Assembly (NCBI GenBank): GCA_050331735.1
Contig: JBHJGN010000039.1
Span: 1-64,000, forward strand
Origin: Cyanophyceae cyanobacterium
GTDB taxonomy: Bacteria > Cyanobacteriota > Cyanobacteriia > Cyanobacteriales > JBHJGN01
Direction: 5' to 3'
DNA: 64,000 bases
Shown piece by piece: positions 52,799-61,400 of this stretch (position 1 is its first letter; the number at the start of each line of letters is the position of its first letter). The translations under genes were made by a program, and so were the position numbers. Below the pieces are notes generated by a model, which was given only the letters and a program-made list of their open reading frames with translations, ran no database searches and was not told where the DNA came from.

Positions 52799-53044
52799 TT
52801 CTACCTCCTTTTGAAATTTTTGCTCTTAAAAAGATTCAAGCATCATCTGATATTATTGTGAACTTGAAAGCTGTATCCACCTAAAGAAATAATTTTGTAC
52901 TTATTCTTTTGCTGCTTTCAAAACTTATATTTTTAGCTTAATGATTCGTAATGCAGGCTGCAAAGCAACTTGTTCATCTTCAAGATGAATAAAATTCATA
53001 CATCGCTCTAGTTATTTTTGAATCATCTATTACTACCGTCCTCT

Positions 53045-53140
53045 AAACTGCCCAAAAAGAGAAGGTACAAAAGAAAAATCTTTTGCTAGTACAGTGACAA
53101 ACTTCTTAAACTGTTCTAGATGAAATTAACCAAACTGTAC
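53045..53140. promoter_or_regulatory. Candidate MocR operator repeats
   Basis: AAACTGCC, GGTACA, GTACAGT, AAACTGTTC and AAACTGTAC direct/inverted repeats upstream of the MocR gene. Confidence 0.5.
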
Positions 53141-53198
53141 CGGGCAGTGGCAGAGGCGATCGCTTACTATAGCGATTAGCTACCGGAGGAATACACCC

Positions 53199-54656
53199 GT
53201 GAGGATTCCGATTGACCGTCATGCCACCCAGCCAGTTTATCTGCAAATTCGTGATCGCCTCAGCCGTTTAATTAGATCGGGAGCGCTCAAAACCGGAGAG
53301 CGCCTGCCTTCCATTCGTGCCCTCGCCTCAAGCACTCAAGTCAACAAACTGACCGTTATTGAAGCCTACAGCGTTCTGGAAGCAGATGGCTTAATTCACG
53401 CTCGCAAAGGAGCAGGTTACTTCGTTAATCAAGAGATTGGAAATAGCCAACCTAAATCCAACTTTGCGCCAGCCCAAGAAGTGATTATTCCGCAGCAGCG
53501 CAGCCTGTCTTTCTACGATATGTACCAGCTCTCGATGCAGGCTAAAAGCCAGCCGGGAATGATCAACTTCAATACCGGATTTCCCGTCTCCAGCGGCTTA
53601 GAAGACCTCCAGCGCCACGCTAGACGAGCCATGAAACAGGTCAACCATGCGCTGTTTGACTACGACTTTCCCCAAGGACAGCTCGTACTGCGCCAGCAGA
53701 TTGCGCAAATGCTCGTTCAAATTGGCCTGGTGGTTTCTCCTGAAGACTTAATTATTACTAACGGTTCCAAACAAGGGCTGTCTCTGGTGCTGAACTACTA
53801 TCTTCAGCAAGGAGACTGGGTAATTACGGAAAGTCCCTCCTATTACGGAGCCTTAGAAATTATTGAAGACATTGGAGCCAAAATTATTGGCATTCCCATG
53901 CAGGATTCGGGAATCAATCTAGAGCTTTTGGAGCAATATCTCCAGGAGTATCGCCCCAAGCTGATTTTCACCGTTACGACTTTACAGAACCCCACCGGAA
54001 TTACCACCGGAATTACGCACCGCAAGCAACTATTAGCCTTAGCGCAAAAATATCGCTGTCTCATCCTAGAAGATAACGCTTACGAAGGCTTGAACTTTGA
54101 CCCCGTACCTCCACCGATTAAAGCTCTCGACCGCAGCGATTCTGTGATCTATACGGGCACATTTTCTAAAACCCTCATGCCGGGTTTGCGGGTAGGATAT
54201 TTAGTCGCCACCGGGAAGCATTATCGTCCGCTAGTCGAGCAAAAATTACGGCACGATCTGCACGTTTCGACGGTTTCCCAGGCAATTGTGAGCGAGTACT
54301 TGGCCTCTGGACACTACCGCCACCGCCTCAACTATTTACGAACCAGCAATCGACGCAGCCGCAATGCCATGCTCCAGGCTCTAGAACAGCATTTTCCCGC
54401 TGAGGCCACCTGGACCATTCCCAATGGAGGTCTATTTCTATGGGTGCAGCTACCGCCCCAGGTGCAGATGATGGAGATTTGCCATCAGGCGATCGCCGAA
54501 AAGGTTCTCATCTATCCCGGTGTAGCCTTTTTCCCCGGACAAGGAGGTTACAACGCACTGCGCTTAAATTTCTCTCATCCCCCGGAAGTAATTGAGCGGG
54601 GCATTGCGATTTTGGGCCAGATTCTCAAGCAACATTTAATCAGAACTGCATCGTGA
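53199..54656 (+). CDS. MocR/GntR family PLP-dependent transcriptional regulator
   Basis: GntR wHTH (LPSIRALA, GAGYFV) plus aminotransferase domain (QNPTG, TFSKTLMPGLRVG). Confidence 0.93.
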   Translation: MRIPIDRHATQPVYLQIRDRLSRLIRSGALKTGERLPSIRALASSTQVNKLTVIEAYSVLEADGLIHARKGAGYFVNQEIGNSQPKSNFAPAQEVIIPQQRSLSFYDMYQLSMQAKSQPGMINFNTGFPVSSGLEDLQRHARRAMKQVNHALFDYDFPQGQLVLRQQIAQMLVQIGLVVSPEDLIITNGSKQGLSLVLNYYLQQGDWVITESPSYYGALEIIEDIGAKIIGIPMQDSGINLELLEQYLQEYRPKLIFTVTTLQNPTGITTGITHRKQLLALAQKYRCLILEDNAYEGLNFDPVPPPIKALDRSDSVIYTGTFSKTLMPGLRVGYLVATGKHYRPLVEQKLRHDLHVSTVSQAIVSEYLASGHYRHRLNYLRTSNRRSRNAMLQALEQHFPAEATWTIPNGGLFLWVQLPPQVQMMEICHQAIAEKVLIYPGVAFFPGQGGYNALRLNFSHPPEVIERGIAILGQILKQHLIRTAS

Positions 54657-54910
54657 GGCAGTAAGTTTAAACGTTTGTAAACTTTGCCGAGCTTGCATAA
54701 GCAACACCTCAAAAATCAGAGTTAAACACAGAAGCAATTGTTAAGCAAACATTGTTTATGGGGAATTTTATTGCTGAACTTTTATCTAGTCCAGCAGCAA
54801 TAAAAGCCTTATATAGTTTGCCAGAAAATCTCCATCAACTTTCTGTTGCTATCAGAAAAAGAGCAATCCTTTTCTGTTGTTTACTAATGAATTTATTGAG
54901 GAAATTTTTC

Positions 54911-56593
54911 ATGACCCAACATGATGTGCCAATGCGGGACTTTGAAGGTCGGCGGCAAGAAGCGCTCGTTAAACGGAAACAGACGCTCGACGATGCCTTC
55001 AATGCCTTTGTCACTTCGCCTCCCCCAACTAATGGAGACGAAGAACTCTTTAAGCAACTTGGCTTCCCAGGGTTTGCTTCCTTCACCAAAGCTCTCGCTC
55101 ACAGTCCCATCGGACTCGTAGAGCAGTCGTCTTACGAGTCTCTGCTGACGGCTATTCAAGCGGAAACCCAGCAAACCTTCGAGAGCGTTCAGCTCGGTGG
55201 CGGAGTGCGCCTGCTTGTCAATCCGCTTAATGCTTACTCATTTCAGCTCATTGGCGACGACTCCAACGGCTCGCGCATGGCAGCAGCTCCCAAATTTGCT
55301 AGCCGCAACACAGCCGTTGATATGGTCGAGCGCTACTGGATGGCGCTGTGCCGAGATATCCGCTTCGACCAATATAACAACAGCCCGCTGATCGCTGCTG
55401 CCTGCAAGGATCTCAACAACCTGGGGTTCGCGCAGGAATTTGGCTTCGAGTGCTCGCCGGACACCATCTTTCGAGGACCGTACGAGGGCTGCGATGTCGG
55501 ACCGCACGTATCGCAGTTCCTGCTGCAAAATTTTCAGTTTGGCAATCAGCCGATTCAGCAGCTCCAGCGCTACCCCAGAGAAGGTCTCGATTACATGACA
55601 GATTTCGAGACCTGGAGCAAAGTGAACAACGGAGATATCGATCCAACGGGTTCCGACATCATCGACGGAACGCGCCACATCATCACGCTGCGGGATGCCG
55701 GACAATGGGTGCATATCGACTTTCCCCACCAGTCAGGTTTGTGGGCAACCATTATTCTCCTCGGACTGCGCACTCTGGGAGTGCAAATCTCGAATGCCAG
55801 TCCCTATGCCAATGGAGCCATCACAACGGCTGAACCCTTTGGAAGTCTCGGCGGTCCAGACATTACCATTCACGCCGGACTGGCCGGGGTCTATGGCCTG
55901 AAACATGCATGGTTCCAAAAGTGGTGCGTCCATCGTCGTCTGCGGCCAGAAGTGTACGCGCAGCGCCTAGAGCTGTTCCGATGCGGAAAGCTGGGGTCAT
56001 CGGGTAGCCCCTTGAATGATGAGAAATTCAATCATCTTTTCGGGGATGGTACAGACGTTTGGCGAAAAACCGAGGTGCTCGACCGCATCCTCGAACATAA
56101 CAAACAGCAGAATGTGTCCCAGAGTCGTGGAGATCGAGAGGGGACTTGGCTCCTGCCGATGGCGTTCCCAGAAGGTTCTCCCACTCATCCTGCCTATCCC
56201 GGCGGTCATTCTGCCTTCGTCGCTGCGGCGGCCACGATCGCTAAAGCCTTTTTTGCCGACCGTGAGTTTCCCAATCCGAAAGTGCCTAGCGATAATGGCC
56301 AGAAACTCGTCGATTACGCGGGCCCAAAGCTGACCGTTCATGGCGAACTCAATAAACTGATTGCGAACGTCACGCTGTTCCGCGACGGAGCTGGTATGCA
56401 CTGGCGGACGGACGGAACGGCCTCCGGTCCTAATGCTGGTGCTGCTCGTCCTGGTGTCGGCATCGAGACCGGCGGCAATCTCCTCGGCGAGAAAATGGCC
56501 GTCAGTATGCTGCGCGACCTCAAATGCACCTATCGAGAAGAGGTCGGCCCCTTTAAGTTCCGGAGCATCAGCGGCAACCCGATCGCGATCTAA
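54911..56593 (+). CDS. Vanadium-dependent haloperoxidase (bromoperoxidase-like)
   Basis: YWMALCRD, GPHVSQFL, AWFQKW.VHRRLRPE, EGSPTHPAYPGGH, GELNKL, RDGAGMHWRTD; likely start ATG 54911. Confidence 0.88.
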   Translation: MTQHDVPMRDFEGRRQEALVKRKQTLDDAFNAFVTSPPPTNGDEELFKQLGFPGFASFTKALAHSPIGLVEQSSYESLLTAIQAETQQTFESVQLGGGVRLLVNPLNAYSFQLIGDDSNGSRMAAAPKFASRNTAVDMVERYWMALCRDIRFDQYNNSPLIAAACKDLNNLGFAQEFGFECSPDTIFRGPYEGCDVGPHVSQFLLQNFQFGNQPIQQLQRYPREGLDYMTDFETWSKVNNGDIDPTGSDIIDGTRHIITLRDAGQWVHIDFPHQSGLWATIILLGLRTLGVQISNASPYANGAITTAEPFGSLGGPDITIHAGLAGVYGLKHAWFQKWCVHRRLRPEVYAQRLELFRCGKLGSSGSPLNDEKFNHLFGDGTDVWRKTEVLDRILEHNKQQNVSQSRGDREGTWLLPMAFPEGSPTHPAYPGGHSAFVAAAATIAKAFFADREFPNPKVPSDNGQKLVDYAGPKLTVHGELNKLIANVTLFRDGAGMHWRTDGTASGPNAGAARPGVGIETGGNLLGEKMAVSMLRDLKCTYREEVGPFKFRSISGNPIAI

Positions 56594-56731
56594 TACCATT
56601 TACCGAAAGTAGTCAGATAGTTCCTTAAACTAACCAAGCATTGGAGGTTCAAGGGCAAAGAGCTGCTGTGCGTCCCTTTCCCCTTTCCCCCAACTCATCA
56701 AGTCTCCTATTACTTTTTCTAATTGGTATAA
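56591..56731. mobile_element. MITE-like element, copy 2
   Basis: Near-identical to 26594-26737; the flanking TAA coincides with the haloperoxidase stop codon. Confidence 0.75.
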
Positions 56732-56822
56732 GAGCGAATGTAGCAGGCACGACGAAGGGAAGGGATGAGTGGGGGAAAGGGAGCTAGAGAACCGGGGCGG
56801 TCGAACCGCTAACTCCCGTCTC

Positions 56823-57740
56823 CTACAGCTCAATCGTTCCCTCACTCACCAGGACCGATTGACCACCCACCTGAACGGAGACAATTTCTCCGGCTCTTTT
56901 CTCTGCCTGGATATTGAGGATGCTGGGTCGGCCCATTTCAAAGCCCTGCTCTACAGTCCAGCGGAGCGTTCCGTCCGTCGCTGAGTGACGAACGCCTAAA
57001 TATCCGGCAAAGGCTGTGGCAGCCGCTCCGGTGGCGGGATCTTCTTCAATTCCCATTGCCGGGGCAAACATGCGCGATCGCACATCGGACCCGTGACGCT
57101 CCGGGTCGAAGCAAAACACGTATAGATGCGGTGCCCAAAAAGATTTTAAATGGTGATGCCACTGTTCGCGGTTGACCGCTGCTTGGCCGAGAGCCGTGCG
57201 ATCGCGCACTGGCACAAATAGAAACGGAACGCCACAGGAAACCGCTGCCAGACTCCATTCTCCAGTGAGGATGTTGTCTGATGTCAGCGAAAGCATTGAG
57301 GCTAAGGTAGCAGAATCCGGCGGTTGAGGACCAAATTCGGGCAGTTTAGCCGCTTTTAGAGCAGCAGATACAGGCTGGCCAGCCTGCGAACGAATGGTTA
57401 CCTGAATTGGGCCCACTTCCTCTTCAAAAATGACCGTAGTTTGGTCTGCCGTTAGGGAAATTGCGCCAATAGTTGCTAAAACATGAGCCGTTCCGAGAGT
57501 CGGATGCCCAGCAAATGGTAGCTCTGTCCCCGGCGTAAAAATTCGGAGTCGCTTCGTATGGCGAGAATCTGCGGGCGGCAGCACAAACGCGGTTTCTGAA
57601 AGGTTAAATTCCTTGGCGAGCTTCTGCATTAGCTCATCATTAAGACCCTGGGCATCGGGAAATACGGCCAGCGGGTTGCCGCCAAAGATTGTGTTGGTAA
57701 ATACGTCCGCCGTGTAAAACTGATACTGCGTCATCGTCAC
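56823..57740 (-). CDS. PhzF family isomerase
   Basis: [39 protein letters not shown]. Confidence 0.92.
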   Translation of the reverse strand: MTMTQYQFYTADVFTNTIFGGNPLAVFPDAQGLNDELMQKLAKEFNLSETAFVLPPADSRHTKRLRIFTPGTELPFAGHPTLGTAHVLATIGAISLTADQTTVIFEEEVGPIQVTIRSQAGQPVSAALKAAKLPEFGPQPPDSATLASMLSLTSDNILTGEWSLAAVSCGVPFLFVPVRDRTALGQAAVNREQWHHHLKSFWAPHLYVFCFDPERHGSDVRSRMFAPAMGIEEDPATGAAATAFAGYLGVRHSATDGTLRWTVEQGFEMGRPSILNIQAEKRAGEIVSVQVGGQSVLVSEGTIEL

Positions 57741-57760
57741 TTCCTTTTCGAGGCGCTAGC

Positions 57761-58189
57761 TTAAAAGCCCACAGGAAGCAGAGCTTTCTGTTTGGTTCCC
57801 TGAACAATGGTGCTCGCAGAATTAACAATGCCATTGGGCATAATTACCTTGCTGAGGTCAGCGCCGCCAAGCAAAGCACCGCTCAGATTGGCTCCCAATA
57901 AGTTAGCATAGCCCAATTCAGCCCCTCGGAGATCGGCTTCTGTCAGATTAGCACCGCGCAAATCGGCTCTGTACAGGTTGGCAACCGATAAATCGACGCC
58001 TTGTAGATGAGCCCGAGCAAGATTCGCTTCAGCCAAATCAGCGCCTTCAAGCATCGCAAAACTAAGCTCGGCATGGCTTAGGTTAATCCCTGGCAATTCT
58101 ACCCAGCTCAGGGTGCGATCGCTTAAATCAATGCCGATAAAGTGGCGTTCTCCGGCAGCATATCTTTTCAGCAGTTCTTGCGTTTCCAT
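57761..58189 (-). CDS. Pentapeptide repeat protein
   Basis: ELLKRYAAGERHF N-terminus, A(D/N)L repeats, MPNG tail; GGAGG RBS before ATG 58189. Confidence 0.9.
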   Translation of the reverse strand: METQELLKRYAAGERHFIGIDLSDRTLSWVELPGINLSHAELSFAMLEGADLAEANLARAHLQGVDLSVANLYRADLRGANLTEADLRGAELGYANLLGANLSGALLGGADLSKVIMPNGIVNSASTIVQGTKQKALLPVGF

Positions 58190-58400
58190 GCGTCCCTCCT
58201 TCTCGGTAGTCTTTAGAATAGAAGGCAATAGAGAGAAACTGGAGAAGATTAATCGGGAACGACTCTCCTCGTTGCGGCATGGCTGCATCGGAAATGTCGT
58301 TTGTGGTTAGTCGTCCAAAAGCTCGTTGTTCCATCCACCGGGTATCAGTAGGCATTCATCTCGTCCAAATAGAAACAAAACCTCATAAAAGCGAACCCCA

Positions 58401-61400
58401 ATGAACTCAATTGCTGGCTACAGGCTGACTGAAGTGCTTCTGGAGAGTCCGACAACTCTTGTCTATCGTGCTTTCGGAGAGTCGCAGCCAACCACAGCAA
58501 TTGTTAAAATTCTCAAGCCCGATCGCTCGACAGCCCCACTTGCTCGCCTGCGACAGGAATATCAACTCCTGCAATCTTTAGCCATAGAAGGCGTGGTGCA
58601 CCCCCTCGCTTTCGCAAGATATCAAAACAGTTGGGCCTTAATTTTATCAGATCCAGGAGGACAACCGCTGAAGCAGGCGATCGCCGCCTCGCTTTCCTTG
58701 GCCAGCTTTTTGCACATCGCGATGCAGCTCACGGCAACGCTGGCGCAGCTTCATCAGCGCAATATTATTCATCAAAGTATTAACGCCCACACGATTTTAT
58801 GCGATCGCCACCATCATCAGGTGGCAATGATTGATTTTAGTAGAGCATTACGCTCTCAAGATCGGGTTGTCAAACCTCCTGAGCCCCTCGAAGGTCTGGC
58901 TTATCTGTCTCCAGAACAAACCGGGAGAATGAATCGTGCGATTGACTATCGCACCGACTTTTATTCTTTGGGAATTACCTTTTATGAAATGCTCACTGGC
59001 CAGCTTCCTTTTCAAGCAAAGGATGCTTTGGAACTGATTCACTGCCATCTGGCGCAAACCCCCGTCTCGCCCCACAAAATTAACGACCAGATTCCTCAAG
59101 TCGTTTCAGATATTGTCGTCAAGCTATTAGCTAAAACGGCTGAAGCAAGATATCAAAGCGCCCTCGGGTTAAAAGCCGACCTAGAAAACTGCCTACACCA
59201 ACTGCAAACCAAGGGAAAAATCGAGAATCTTAAGATTGGTCAGCTCGATTTATCCAGTCAATTCAACATTGTTCAGAAGCTTTATGGACGCGAACCAGAA
59301 GTGGCTACCCTCCTCGCTGCCTTTGAGCGCGTTAGCCTGGGTGATTCTGAAATGCTGCTGGTCAGCGGTTATTCAGGCGTTGGCAAATCTTCTTTAGTTA
59401 ATGAGGTCCGTCAATCTATCCTTCGCCAGCAGGGGTATTTTATTGCTGGCAAGTTTGACCAGTTCAAGCGCAACATTCCCTACTCCGCTATTATTCAAGC
59501 TTTTCAAGAACTAATCCGCAATCTCCTCACCCAAAGCCAGGAAAGCATAGCCGTATGGCAAGCCAAGTTATTAGGGGCTCTTGGGGCTAACGCTCAAGTA
59601 ATTATTGATGTCATTCCAGAGCTAGAGCTGATTATCGGCTCTCAGCCCCCGGTTCCTCCCTTGGGACCAACGGAAAACCAAAATCGATTCAATCGTCTGT
59701 TTCAACAGTTTATTCGTCTGTTTTGCCGCCGAGAACAGCCACTGGTCCTGTTTTTAGATGATTTGCAGTGGGCCGATTCTGCTTCTCTCAAGCTCATTCA
59801 ATTGTTAATCAGCGATCGTCGCCGTCACTTACTCATTTTAGGCGCGTATCGAGATAACGAAGTCAACGCCACCCATCCGCTGATGTTAACTTTGTCAGAG
59901 CTAAAAAATCCTCAGCATATTCACCAGATAGTTCTTCAGCCATTGCAGGTCGAGCACGTTAATCAATTAATTAGCGAGACCCTCCACACTCCTCCTCAAC
60001 AAACCCAACCGTTAGCTGAACTGCTGTTTGAAAAAACTCAGGGGAATCCCTTCTTCTTAACTCAGTTGCTTAAGTCCCTTCATCGAGAAAAGTTAACCTT
60101 CAATTTCAGTAAAGGTTGCTGGCAGTGGAATATTGAACAGCTTAAAACGATTAACATCACCGATAATGTCGTTGCTTTAATGATTGAGCGGCTGCAACAG
60201 TTATCTCTAAAGACGCAGCATCTTTTAAAGCTAGCCGCCTGTATTGGTAACAAATTTACCCTAGACATTTTAAGCGTCGTTTATCAGCAACCTTTGTTAG
60301 CTTCAGCAGAATTAGGGGAAGCTTTGCAGTCTGGCTTGATTGCTACCGTAGACGAAGCCTATAACCTGCTGGCGATTGGCGGTCCCCAAACGGAATTATT
60401 AGCGAGCCGAGTAACCTACAAATTTTTACACGACCGAGTGCAGCAAGCAGCCTATTCTCTGATTGCCGATTCTCAGAAGAAAGCCACTCACCTAAAAATT
60501 GGGCAACTGTTGCTGACAAATACGGCTCCTGAAGAACGAGCCGAAAACATATTTGCTTTAGTTAATCACCTCAATTACGGCATTGAGCTATTGAAGACTG
60601 ACGCCGAAAAGCTGGAGCTAGCTGAGCTAAACCTGATCGCCGGACGGAAAGCCAAAGCAGCGACCGCCTATGAACCAGCGCTTCGCTACCTGAGCGTTGG
60701 GTTAGAGTGTTTGCCAGTCGATAGCTGGCAGCATCAGTACGAGTTGACCTTGGCACTTCACGAATCAGCCATTGAATCAGCCTACCTCAGCGGCAACTTT
60801 GAGCAAATGGAGCAATGGGCAGCGGTCATTCGGCAACAGGCTAAATCCCCGGTCGATCAGCTCAAAGTTTTTGAATTCAAAATTCAAGCCTGCATGGCGC
60901 AGGTCAAACAACGAGAAGCGGTCAAAATTGGGCTACAAGGATTGGAGTTGCTGGGCCTGAAGCTGCCAGAATCGCCCGCTCCTGCCGATATTGAGCAAGC
61001 TCTCAGCCAAACAGCAACTCATCTGGCGGGGAAAAATATTGCCGATTTAGTCGATTATCCCCCGATGACGGAGACAGATAAGCTCGCCGCCATGCAGATG
61101 CTCATTAATCTGGGGTCTCCAACTTATCAAGCTGCCCCAGCCCTGTTTCCGCTGGTAATCTGCAAACAAGTCAATTTATCGCTGACCGATGGGAATTCCC
61201 CTTTTTCTGCCTATAGCTATGCCTGCTACGGCGTGATTCTCAATGGAATCGTCGAGGATAGTGAATCGGCTTATCAATTTGGTCAGTTAGCCCTCAGTTT
61301 AGTCGAACGGTTCAATGCCTTAGCGCTTCAGACCAGCGTATTCTTCGTAACGGGGGCGTGTACAATGCATGGCAAAGTGCATGCGCGGGAAACACTCCCC

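Noticed and set aside
54752..54910. N-terminal extension of the haloperoxidase ORF
   Set aside because: AT-rich, non-coding-like sequence from a TTG start; a GAGG RBS precedes ATG 54911
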